Of a DNA stretch of 64,000 nt, positions 33,501 to 42,800 are shown in pieces. Location: positions 1-64,000 of IMG/VR virus record IMGVR_UViG_3300046056_000003; one strand, 5' to 3'. The notes beneath the pieces are model-generated. The model saw nothing but the letters and a program-made list of their open reading frames with translations. It did not search any database and was not told where the DNA came from. Position 1 is the first letter of the stretch. The number at the start of each line of letters is the position of its first letter. The translations under genes and the position numbers were made by a program. Source of the DNA: a virus.

Positions 33501-36157
33501 TGCTCTTTGCCCATGCGCTTCAGCATGTCGGCCCTTTTCTCCGGGTTCCGGTATGCCTTGTAGTCCTCGTAGAGCCGTTCTTTTTGCCTCCGAAGAGTCT
33601 CTTTCCGCATCCTTGTGGTGCGAAAGCTTGCCCGGTTTTCCGGGTCCATCTTGACAACCGCATCGGGGATAGACTCCATCTGGGTTTCTGATTCGGCCTG
33701 CTCTTTGGCCTGATTCATCAGTTCCTTCGGGCCCCGGAAGCGGGAAGACTGAGTGAGCGTCTTCAGCTCCTTCTCGACGCCATTCCGCATGAACTCGTTG
33801 AACTGCTCTTCGGTAAAGCGACCGTCTTCCCCGATCAGTCCTTCCTTTCGGCCTCGTTGTCGAAGGGCCTCCATCACGCTATCAATGTCGGCCTCACTTA
33901 CCACCTGTCCTTCGTCTTTCGGAAGGGGTTCCTGTACTTCCCGCTCGCTGTCCTCTCTACGGCGCTTGTTCACGATGTTTTGGAGGGCCCCAGCAAGGGC
34001 TTCCTGTCGAAGCTGCACCAGGGATTCCATTTCCCCCTTGATGTTCTCTTTGACCATCTCTGGATCCTTCTGATCAATGGTGGCCTCGTCTTCCCCTGGA
34101 AGCTCTTCGAAAGACTCAATCAGGTCTTGCTCCTCCTGTGACAGTTCCTCAAGCGTCGGGTCAATGAGGCGGGCACTGCCATACAGACGCCACGCCTTTT
34201 CGGCCATCCGTCCCCCGGCCTCCTCTGGGCTCTGTCGCATGTTGGACTCGATGTCCTCCTTCTTCTGGGACAGCTCGTCGACGAGATCAATGTAGTCGTC
34301 AATCGTCTTCTCGTAATGGAAGTCCGAGTCTTCGTCGGTCTCGAAGTTGTGCTTCTCGCTTGCTTCCTGGTTGTCTAAGTTCTTCCAATCCTGGGCAATC
34401 CTCTTCATCTGCTCTTCCACTCCCGCCTGGATGGAGCCAAGGATGGTGGCCGACATGATCTTCCGCCGCCCCTCCAGAATCTTGGAGGTGTCGTTTTCAT
34501 TGGCCCCCTCGTTTATCAGCTTCCGCCCTTCCTCAAGTTCTTTGGCCCGTTCGATGAAGTGCTCCTTTTTCCGGTTGAAGTCGTAGATCTCCTGCTCGGT
34601 CTGAAGGGTCTTCGCCGACACCTTGTCTCCAGTCATTCCCGACACGCCGGATTTCTCTGCTACCCAGTTGGCAATGGCCCCGAGCTTTCCCTGCGAACTG
34701 TCCTGGGCGTCGATTTCCCCTTCCTCAATGGCTTTCTGAATGGCCTCTGGGCGCTCGTGGATGGGAAGTCCCCGAACGGTCATGTCCTGCATCTTGCCCC
34801 CCATGGCCCCCATGGCTGCCGCATAAGCCCCCTCCCCCGTGAACACGTTGTCTACAAACCGCTCCCCGGCCTTCGAGAAGGACGTCTGGTCTGCCTTGCC
34901 TTCCGCCTGGGCAAACACGTTGGCGACCTCCTCTGCGGACTCTTGAAGAGGCTCTTTGCCGTGTCTCCACGCCCACGTGCTCTTTGGCACCGAGTACCCC
35001 ATTCCCTCCACGCGGCTTACCATCTCGTCTATACTCTCTCCCGATTTCTTGGTGAGGCCCATCTTCGACATGTTTTTCATGATCTTCGGGCTCCGGAAGA
35101 GGGGCGTAAGCCCGGTGAAGTTCAGGGTGCCGACGAGGGCAGTGTTGATTGCGGCAATTCGAGAAGCCTTCTTCGCGGCAGCGGCCTTCGCAAGTCTCCG
35201 GGCTTCTTTGGGAGACTTTCCCTGCTCCAGATGGGCTTGCTTTGCCTTCCTGTATAGCTTGGGCATCTGTCGCATGGCCTCTCCCATCCCTTCCGCGTTG
35301 GCGAGGGCGTATCCACTGGCCCCTTGAGATGCATACTGTGCCCCCTTTATTGCTTTTTGGTTTCCGCCCATCGCTTTGGCTAACCCCATGATCCCACGAC
35401 CTATCGTTGCCCGAAGGGCCCCGGAGATCCCCGCAAATGCGCCCACCGATTGGGTAAGCTCCGACAGGCTTTGTGCGTAGTCACTCGGGTCCGTAGGGTC
35501 AAAGATGAGGCCCGGCTGGGAATGCGTTTCCAGGGCGTCGACGCTGTTTAGACTTTCTCGCCACTCCTTCATCTGGCGGGTAATTCGATTCCCCATGTCT
35601 TCGGCGTCGATGTCCTCCTGTTGAAAAACCTGATCTTCTGACGCCACACCCGCCAATCCCTGCGTCAAAGAGATAAATTCTTTGAGCTGGTCTTCCCAGG
35701 ACTCGACGTCGGCCATGTGGGCTACGTTCTCCACAAAGCGCATCCCGGTCAGTGGGATAAGTTTGGTCCCCTCTTTGGCGAGGGTCCCGGCCAACGTCTG
35801 TGCTTCATCTTTGAGCACTTCTGCTTCCCTTCGTGACGTGATTTTCGGGTTGACTGGGCGGCCAATCTCATCTTCGAGTTCCGACACATCCCTTCCAGGA
35901 TAGGCTTCCGCACCAGAAACTGTAAGGTCGCTTACAAGCTGGGAGTTGTCGAGAGACTGGCTTTCTAGCAGACCCACACCCTCCTCGTTATCGTCGGTAT
36001 CGGCGTTTTCAGATCCGTCATCGGTGATGACAGGCTCCGAAGAGTTGTCCGACGAAGGGTTCATTTCTTCATCCTTCTCCTCCAGAGACTCCTGCGTGTC
36101 TTGCTCTCTCTCTTCGGAAAAGGACGGGGTATCGCTTGGGAGGTTAGAGATTTCCAT
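30566..36157 (-). CDS. giant acidic coiled-coil virion protein (putative internal/ejected), 1863 aa
   Basis: A continuous ORF with an ATG start. It has extensive Glu/Asp-rich low-complexity sequence and a Gly/Ala-rich segment (GISGALRATIGRGIMGLAKAMGGNQ...). Confidence 0.65.
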   Translation of the reverse strand: MEISNLPSDTPSFSEEREQDTQESLEEKDEEMNPSSDNSSEPVITDDGSENADTDDNEEGVGLLESQSLDNSQLVSDLTVSGAEAYPGRDVSELEDEIGRPVNPKITSRREAEVLKDEAQTLAGTLAKEGTKLIPLTGMRFVENVAHMADVESWEDQLKEFISLTQGLAGVASEDQVFQQEDIDAEDMGNRITRQMKEWRESLNSVDALETHSQPGLIFDPTDPSDYAQSLSELTQSVGAFAGISGALRATIGRGIMGLAKAMGGNQKAIKGAQYASQGASGYALANAEGMGEAMRQMPKLYRKAKQAHLEQGKSPKEARRLAKAAAAKKASRIAAINTALVGTLNFTGLTPLFRSPKIMKNMSKMGLTKKSGESIDEMVSRVEGMGYSVPKSTWAWRHGKEPLQESAEEVANVFAQAEGKADQTSFSKAGERFVDNVFTGEGAYAAAMGAMGGKMQDMTVRGLPIHERPEAIQKAIEEGEIDAQDSSQGKLGAIANWVAEKSGVSGMTGDKVSAKTLQTEQEIYDFNRKKEHFIERAKELEEGRKLINEGANENDTSKILEGRRKIMSATILGSIQAGVEEQMKRIAQDWKNLDNQEASEKHNFETDEDSDFHYEKTIDDYIDLVDELSQKKEDIESNMRQSPEEAGGRMAEKAWRLYGSARLIDPTLEELSQEEQDLIESFEELPGEDEATIDQKDPEMVKENIKGEMESLVQLRQEALAGALQNIVNKRRREDSEREVQEPLPKDEGQVVSEADIDSVMEALRQRGRKEGLIGEDGRFTEEQFNEFMRNGVEKELKTLTQSSRFRGPKELMNQAKEQAESETQMESIPDAVVKMDPENRASFRTTRMRKETLRRQKERLYEDYKAYRNPEKRADMLKRMGKEQARLEQQRAEEARRKVEEEDTAEDAQDAADGLSPNESTTVEQEAQSAAEEKKTEERKERKREREATAEEVSSVDEESGDQESTNESVNPLEDAVEDMQEEQGGEDTTSEEATTEATTDEDSSTEEDGSEDFNPLAEAAKSEQELQQIRNELEETFAQIRSNEDFDKETKKENVEKAARAKVEGRPFDYTEVEDLVVSEKNDIEENDLKDATDTESRSEIDEPPQTPQEDFQETKGKTAEGTQDEHSRKKLVQSGTALAYASKETEEGDRTTPVSNDRSEGLNPLVETESFGEGSRVTFHVTDPQIEEDIDLDSVEDIGGIEIEVRHDGELVGYVHELDFIEKETTVTQTENVEDNIQRQQEENLQLRAKIIGQAKQQDNPQDGIPGRVSGKRGGHVSVHYQEGENENGETVLEKDEDENLKRDMRPLKEAVPALVDQDRNLQNADFQIYVIRNGEPRIRGQQKPDEELVNDFNQEGQFLEGSVGIILPSANGDKVAVPVEVPKIRDVSIEGLPAANFLLGMIKKGEIEEIQKLAFTTIADPRKFFQRKDIKGDRTYLIASNDGTGVYIGSQQGGLYTNNPDLIEDEDSRYEGIEGNENEVRRLLNNMWLNVNLEEINRSEDVSGLGSFEVAGTEYDSYNQFLAQHLRTDLHEETTSTEDNGEVGRYFEQPTVTLTLGAEGVESIPIDNDSFPERQSDDRPTGDEETSDSEVADVREEAQSPVMPDVYDDGDGAALDSAFQTLLQTASTLETLSEGDVAFLNALEERLQQEHGVERDISSVIAEADIEDQTEEAVEQEQQGAEDAEDAEKDAEDAKSEPAITEEGPSLDNLSEPMFKAVMEQFVGRTTKGEQANLLEEMSKADEDIRNDLRTFLKEKYDYPDSYNDEQTVSKLRQESGETTSTGSDVEAKADDDITEKVDEKTDDPVVDDIFSTRPAPGSSESASEPTLMSVGETIIGESNYEISAPAQDDRFTLRCER
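31062..31100. repeat. short tandem GCGTCTTCC-type repeat inside the 1863-aa gene
   Basis: The sequence gcgtcttcc gcgtctttttct gcgtcttcc gcgtcttcgg encodes AEDAEDAEKDAEDAK on the minus strand. Confidence 0.6.
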
Positions 36158-36175
36158 CGATGGTGGTGATTAAGG

Positions 36176-38215
36176 CTAAAACTTTTGTCCCCACTGAAAG
36201 GCCGCCCATCGGTTTTGGAACCGAATGTTCTGGTCTAGGGCTTTTTTTTCCTCCTCGGAAAGCTCTTTTTCGTCGACTTGCAGATAATTTTTCAGTCCCC
36301 GTTTTGTCATTCGAATGCCGTTGTTTCTGGCCGTTTCTGCAATCTTTGCGTAGTCATCGTCTTTTTCTGACTGCGGCTTGTCGCTGTTCTGCACTTGCTT
36401 GGCCGCTTCCCGGTAACTCAAGGATTTGTTTCCTGGACGTACCTCAAATCGGGGCTCTAAGACACCTTTACTCATATTTCCCTGTGCCTGCATGCGCATG
36501 TCAACCCCGCCACCAACGTCTGTCCACGTGTTATCGATCTCAATGCCTTCGAGCTTCTGATTCCCCTTAATCATTTGGGAAACCTGTCCACCGAGAATAT
36601 TTTCTGCTGCCAGCTCATTTCGGATTTGCTGAGTAGCCTCGATAAAGTAGGTTTCTTGGGGCTTCATGTTTTCGACGTTTCCCCCGCCTTCGTATTGCAT
36701 CTTGATCATGTCCCCCTGTCCAGAAAGACCCTGGAAGGTAGAGTTTTTCCAAACGTCTCTTTTTTCCTCCTTGATGGTAATTCCACCAAAAGTGTCTGGG
36801 AGCCACGGGTCCCCCTTGAGCTTTGGAATTTCAAGGGTAGACCCGTCGCCGACAACGGTATCCAAAACATTCTTTATTCGGCCCCGCTCCTGGTCCTGGT
36901 TAATACTGATGAAGTTAAGACCGACGCTCTGATTTTCCATCTGTCTTCGGTCTTCCTCGATATTCTTAAATGTCTGGTAGGTGCCCTCTCCCCACTCGTT
37001 TTTGACGGCCTGCTTGAGACTCTGGTTACTACTGGGCCGAAAACTTCCCGGCTTTGCGCTGACAGTGGATGGCTGCCCGTCAGGACCTGTGTGCTTTTTC
37101 TTCATCTCCAGATACTTCTGGAAATCTTGTCGATCCACGCCCCCTTCCGGTCTTCTTTTCCAGTACTGATTCCATAGTTGGTTTCTCACGCCCTTCGCCA
37201 TGGCGCGGGTATCCGAATCCGCATTCCGGGGCATGTCTGACACTGACACCTGCCGCCCGGTGTACTGGATGATTCCCTCTTTGGTGGCGTTATCCTGGGC
37301 GCTGGCCTTTGGATCTGAATCCGGGTTGCCTTTCACCGTGGTCCGGGTGCCTCCCTGTGTCATCTGGTTTACCGCTCCTCGAACAGAGCTTCGCAGGCGA
37401 TTGCGCACACGCCTCTCTACTTTGTTTTCCAACTCTTCCCCACTGAGGTTTTCGTTATTTGCCTGGAGTGACTGACGAATCCTCGCTCTTTCTGCTTGAA
37501 GCCAGTTGGCAAGTCCTGGGTCCCTTGGGCTTTGAATGCGCTGTAGCTCCCCGTTTTCGGTTTTCTGGAAGCCCAAGGTCCGGAGGGCCTCTTGCTCAAT
37601 GCGGGCTGGGCGCACCCCCTTAAAGGTGCTTTTGGTAATCGTGTCTCCAGGCGTGGGCCGAACCTGTTGCGTGAGCGTCTGCTTGAAGTTCAGGTCGGAA
37701 AGGACTTCGTCGGGCGTCTTTGCTTCCCCGAACATGCGCTTCTGTGAAAGGCCGCCTGCGAGCTTTCCGTCCTGGACTCCGATGTTGGCTTGCTTCCGAA
37801 GCTGGCGTTCTAAGGCTGCCCGCTGCTGGGGCGTGTATCCTTTTCCTTCCAGCTCTTTGCGGGACTCTTCGAGGGCTTTCTGATTCTCCTTAAACCGCTG
37901 TACACGCTTAGAGAACTCCCGCTTCAAGCGCTTGACTTCGGCACTCTTGTCCACCAGATCGTTCTGCTGGGCGATCTCCGACAGCTTCTGTTTGAATGGC
38001 TGGGCCATCGCACGGAAAGCCTGCCGATTGTTGGGCAGTACCTCCTGTTCGGCAATGTTGGTGAGCGCCTGATCCATCGTGTCCTTCACGGCAGTTCTCC
38101 GCTTCTGGAACCGCTGGGCAGATTGGGCAATCTGCCTAACCGGAAGCGGCTGTCGCTTGGGGACCAGATTGTTTGCGGATCCCGGCGCTGGTTTGCTAAA
38201 TGGACTTATCGCCAT
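36176..38215 (-). CDS. basic Gln/Arg/Lys-rich virion protein (putative internal protein), 679 aa
   Basis: ATG start. The composition is strikingly basic in an otherwise acidic proteome. It sits between the glycine-zipper protein and the giant acidic protein. Confidence 0.6.
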   Translation of the reverse strand: MAISPFSKPAPGSANNLVPKRQPLPVRQIAQSAQRFQKRRTAVKDTMDQALTNIAEQEVLPNNRQAFRAMAQPFKQKLSEIAQQNDLVDKSAEVKRLKREFSKRVQRFKENQKALEESRKELEGKGYTPQQRAALERQLRKQANIGVQDGKLAGGLSQKRMFGEAKTPDEVLSDLNFKQTLTQQVRPTPGDTITKSTFKGVRPARIEQEALRTLGFQKTENGELQRIQSPRDPGLANWLQAERARIRQSLQANNENLSGEELENKVERRVRNRLRSSVRGAVNQMTQGGTRTTVKGNPDSDPKASAQDNATKEGIIQYTGRQVSVSDMPRNADSDTRAMAKGVRNQLWNQYWKRRPEGGVDRQDFQKYLEMKKKHTGPDGQPSTVSAKPGSFRPSSNQSLKQAVKNEWGEGTYQTFKNIEEDRRQMENQSVGLNFISINQDQERGRIKNVLDTVVGDGSTLEIPKLKGDPWLPDTFGGITIKEEKRDVWKNSTFQGLSGQGDMIKMQYEGGGNVENMKPQETYFIEATQQIRNELAAENILGGQVSQMIKGNQKLEGIEIDNTWTDVGGGVDMRMQAQGNMSKGVLEPRFEVRPGNKSLSYREAAKQVQNSDKPQSEKDDDYAKIAETARNNGIRMTKRGLKNYLQVDEKELSEEEKKALDQNIRFQNRWAAFQWGQKF

Positions 38216-38228
38216 GACTATGCGTCAA

Positions 38229-39848
38229 TTACAGAGAGTTCAGGAAACGCTGAAGCTGCTGTTTCTGCGGGCCCTCCGGAAGCGTGGGAATGATGGCTTC
38301 CAGTTCTTTTCTCTTCGTGGCGTCGTCCATGCCTGCGAGAGAGGCCATAATTGCAGTGGTCGAGCGGCTTTGCATCTGATCATTGGCTTGCCTGCGGGCC
38401 ATTGTCTGGGAGAATTGCCCGATGCCTTTCGATAGCATGTTGTCCTTGGCGGCGTCGGCCTTTAGCTGTAGGTGACGATTTCGGGCCCTCGCCTGCTGGT
38501 TCAGCTTGGTCCTCGTCCTATCGTTTATACTTTGGGCCTGGGAAATTGCCCGTGCCTTCTGGTTTTTCATCTTCTGCTCTTCCCGCCGTGCCTGCCCCAA
38601 CGTCTTTCGCTTCTGCTTCAGAGACTTGGCAAACGCGGATTGCCTGCCTGCCGGAGACACGTTGGGATTGGTCACCACATTCCGAAGACTCTGGTCAATC
38701 TCGTTGAGCTGGGGCCGAACGTTTACGTCGGTGTCTATACGACGCAGCGTATTTACATTCCGGTCGGAAACCGTCGCCAACTGAGGATCTCCTACATCAC
38801 TGTCGCCGAAGACTCCCCGTGCAATGTTGACGGCTGCCGGAAGGAACTGTGCAGCCGTTGAGGCGGCGCTTCCATAGTCAAACCCCTCAGACCCCCCACC
38901 GGACTCTCCTGCCGCCTGGACGTTACCGTTAGCGTTGACTCCTGCAAGATCGTTGGTCCCGATGTCCATCATGGCCCCGTCTCCCGGTGCAGGACTCGAT
39001 GTTACAGGCTCCGGAGAGGCCACCGGAACTTCGCTTGGGCCCCCGAGGCTCGCAAAGGGAAACTCTTCAACAGTCGGAGGCTGGTTGAACATTCCCGGTC
39101 CATCGCCTCCACTTGGAGAAGGATTCGTGGAAACGCTCGGGGAAGCTGTAGCTGGGGAGGCCTGGTTTCCGGAAGGGTTGGGGTTTGGGGCTAGTCCTTT
39201 TCCAGTGACCGGGTTGTAGTACGGAGAGAAGTTTTTTCCTACCCCTGGTCTCGCCAGTGGAGCGGGATTTGGACCTGGATCAACGAAGCCACCTGTAGCC
39301 ATCTTGTTGGACGTAGAACTGTTGGGATTGGAGCTGCGGCCCGTGGTCTTCTCTTGCTGTGCGGCGAGCTTCTTGATCTGCCTTTCCGATGCCCCCTTTT
39401 CTTTCATCCGTTCGTGAACGTCGGCGAAGGTCTTGTTGGTGCCAGGGACGTTGACCCGATCGGAAAAGACGTAGGATTGAAGGTCAATCTGGTCAATGGT
39501 CTCCCCGCCTTCAGCTTCTGCGCCTCCGGGAAGCGGGATTCCTCCTTGCTCGTGGGACGGGCCTTTCAGCTTCCCTTCTGGCATGGTTACAGGCAGAGTT
39601 CCGCCCCGAGCAAACCCTTGGGATCCGGACGTGCCTCCATACTCAAAATCGGATGCGTTGACATTAGGCTCTGGAAGAGGCACGCTGTCATCTCCACCCC
39701 CATCTCCACCCCCAAACAAACCCCCCACGACACCCCCGAGGGCACTGCCCACGCTCATTCCAATGGGAGCGGGAATGCCAATCGCCTGGGATGCCGCCCC
39801 TGCCGCCGTTCCTACAGCGGATCCGATTTGCCTGCCTTGTTTGGACAT
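38229..39848 (-). CDS. virion protein with N-terminal glycine-zipper and Pro/Ser-rich linker (putative membrane-inserting ejected protein), 539 aa
   Basis: GSAVGTAAGAASQAIGIPAPIGMSVGSALGGVVGGLFGGG is a glycine-zipper-like segment. The C-terminus is basic and coiled-coil. The gene follows the nozzle-like gene directly, as T7 gp14 follows gp12/gp13. Confidence 0.6.
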   Translation of the reverse strand: MSKQGRQIGSAVGTAAGAASQAIGIPAPIGMSVGSALGGVVGGLFGGGDGGGDDSVPLPEPNVNASDFEYGGTSGSQGFARGGTLPVTMPEGKLKGPSHEQGGIPLPGGAEAEGGETIDQIDLQSYVFSDRVNVPGTNKTFADVHERMKEKGASERQIKKLAAQQEKTTGRSSNPNSSTSNKMATGGFVDPGPNPAPLARPGVGKNFSPYYNPVTGKGLAPNPNPSGNQASPATASPSVSTNPSPSGGDGPGMFNQPPTVEEFPFASLGGPSEVPVASPEPVTSSPAPGDGAMMDIGTNDLAGVNANGNVQAAGESGGGSEGFDYGSAASTAAQFLPAAVNIARGVFGDSDVGDPQLATVSDRNVNTLRRIDTDVNVRPQLNEIDQSLRNVVTNPNVSPAGRQSAFAKSLKQKRKTLGQARREEQKMKNQKARAISQAQSINDRTRTKLNQQARARNRHLQLKADAAKDNMLSKGIGQFSQTMARRQANDQMQSRSTTAIMASLAGMDDATKRKELEAIIPTLPEGPQKQQLQRFLNSL

Positions 39849-39851
39849 GGA

Positions 39852-42800
39852 TTATCTTCTTGATGAGCGGTGTACTAACAATGCGTTTAGCAAGTGTATT
39901 GTTCGTTGGTCTGTCGCTTTCCCAAACGAAAGCTCAATGTGGTGTACGTTATCCGAAAGTCTACTTAAATCCGACCGTCGAGTAGGCTGAGCAATGCCGT
40001 CTCTGAGGTTGTTGATTTTCCACACTCGATCAGTCTTTCTAGCATTGACGCGGTTTCGTCGCTGTCCCCGATCTCCAATCAGGGGCCGAATAATGATTTC
40101 CCCCGTGTCCTGGTAGTCGTTGTAGACCCGAACGGAATCGAAGATCTTTCTCTCAAGTTCTCTTCCCGCATCGTCGAACACGGAGGCGTCGATGTAGAGG
40201 GACTGTACGATTTGGTTTTCCGGCCTTCGGTCTGCGCTGACGAAGGCCACCTCGAAGGGATGAATGCTCCCGTAGTAGTTTCCGTACTGGCCTTCTCCAA
40301 TGGTGTAGATGTTGTCGTTTCGAAAGAGATGGCCTTTATCTCGGCCAAAGAAATACTTGCCGGGATCCAGGTCGTGAAAGCTCACCCACTGCTCTCTGAG
40401 CGGGTTGTAGGAGAGGGTCCAGTCGGATCCGGACACAAAGACCCGTTCTTCTTCGGGATCAACTCCAATTTCGATGTCAGTTCCGATGTGGCTCTGAAAC
40501 CATTGCCGAAGGCCCTTTCGAGAGATGCTCTTCGGCCCCTCGTTTCCCCACTGGTACACAGTTTGGTTCTCGATGTCCACCCAGACGTATCCCCACGGTG
40601 TTGAAATTCCGTGTGTCGGGTGGGAGAGACCCGCAAATCCCGCCTCGGACTGCCGAAGTTGCTGAGGCTTGACGCGAAAGATATTCCCGCTTCCGAGATA
40701 GACGCTGTCCCCCTGAATGTCCATCTGCTGCCGCCCCTTGGTCCGAAAGAGGGCGTCTTCGGCATGAATAGTGAGCCCGTTTGTAGAAGCAACGAGTTTC
40801 TGAATGGCTCCACGGTTTTGCGGAAGGTCGGTCTTGTCTTCCGGTCGAAACTCCCGCCATGCCGTTCGTGGACCGCCTTCTTTTGACTCTGCGCTTCGAA
40901 TAACGCGGGTTGGGAAATTCGTGGAGGAGATCGCCTTTTCCTGGAACGGGAACGCGGGCTTTAGCCTTGCATCCTCCGAATACAAATCGTTGTACTTATA
41001 CCAGTTGTCCACGTCCCGAAAGAAGCGGAAGAACCACCGGGTCTTGGCCTTTGCCTCCTCTGTATCGTCGAGCTGGTCAAATTTATTGGGAAGGGCCCCA
41101 ACTGGAGGCTGGCTTACCCAGGAGGCCTCAGATTTCCCGAATATCTCTTGAATGGGAGCGAAAGTTTCGTCTCTGCTTTCCCCTGGGACCCGCCCCATGG
41201 TCGGTAGGTCTCTGGTTTCGTTGCACTGAAACCACGTCGTTCCGATAGCCAACGGAAGGTTGTTCACGTCGGCTGTATTTCCGATCAGTTCCTGAATGGC
41301 GCTGACCACGCCGTTTCTCTCGTCTTCATCTTCGTTTTGTCCGAAGATCTCTCGGTGGATAGTCCAGAGAAGGGCGTTTTTGATGTTGTTCTCATCGTGG
41401 TTGCCTCCCCACCAACTGTCCCCTTGTCCCCAAAAGTCCGGATCCGCAAGGGCCAAGAGGGTGTGTTCTTTGTGCCACCACCGGGCAACGTGGATGTCTC
41501 CCGCCCCAATTGCTTTTTGAACAACGCTTCTTCCGGTGCTCATGTCCTTCTCGATGCCCGTGTAGACGAGTTCCTGCTGATCAAAGGGAAAGTGAACGTC
41601 TTTCTTGAGCTGGCAGAGATCCAAGACGTGGAGGCTATCGAGGAAGAATCCTTTTTCGGTCTCGCAGACGACCTTTGACTCCCCAAACAGGTTGTCGTAG
41701 TCTCTGGTAAACCCCTGGCTTTCCAGGGACACCGACCGCTGATTCTGGTCGATGTACGAGATGGCCTCGACCTTTGTAATCAGGTTGTGAGAGCTGATGT
41801 TCAAGGTCCCGTCCTTCCACCATACGCTTCCCACGTCTTCGGTGAATACTCCGTACCAGTCGTCGTCTTTGGTAATTCGGAGAACTTCCTTGACGTGAGT
41901 AATGCCTTGAAGTGGAAGGTTTCTCCGGAGGGACTCGAAGGGTTGAAGCTCAAAGAGATTGCCGTCTACGTCCCACCGTTTCTCATCAAAGAAGTACGTC
42001 GTTGGCGGAAATCCGTGAGCCGCCCACACGTCGGAGCTGAAGATGCTGTTGGTCTGTTGGTAAGGGCGTTCATTGTCCGAATCATCATGCCACCCTTGAT
42101 GCCCAAGAGACTGGTCCATGATCAGCCGATCTTCCGGATCCTTTCTCGCGTAGTAGAACCGGGCTGATTTAATTTTTCCTTCCAGCTCGTCAGGAATGTG
42201 AATGTTGTTGAAGGAGACCTGAATAATCGTCGGGTCCGTAAGGCCAAACTGACTGTCTTCGTCTACGTAGGGCATCTCGTCGTTTCCGAGAATGCGGTGA
42301 TGACGGACGTTCTCTCCCCTGTAGTTGTCTACCACGTCTCCGCTGTCATCAACGACGTCCCAACGCTGGTTGTCCGGATAAGACTCATTCTCATTCTGCC
42401 AAAAGCCCGTAGACAGAGACGAGGTGGAGGGGTTGACGTGAAAGTTGCGAAGGGTTCCAAACTCGCTTTCGTATTCTTTCAGGGGATGGGAGTCGGGAAT
42501 CTCTGAAAGCTCGTTTCCCGATCCTCCTCCACCCTCCCAGTCTTCAATTGTAAGAGAGAAGCTAAACGCGCTGTCGAAGTATGGGGTGTCCCCGTTAAAC
42601 CGATCGGTTCCAGTATCATCTGTGGCCGTGATCGTGGTCGTGTTCTGGGTAAAAGTAATGTCGTCGTACCCAGCATTATTCTGGCTTTCGGTAAAGAGTT
42701 TGTCGGCAACGGTTTGCGCAGAGGCCCCTGGAGCAACCTCGAACGTGATAAACTCGGTAGTACTTGGGACCCAGTCGGCCTCCACCGAAATCTTGTCCGT

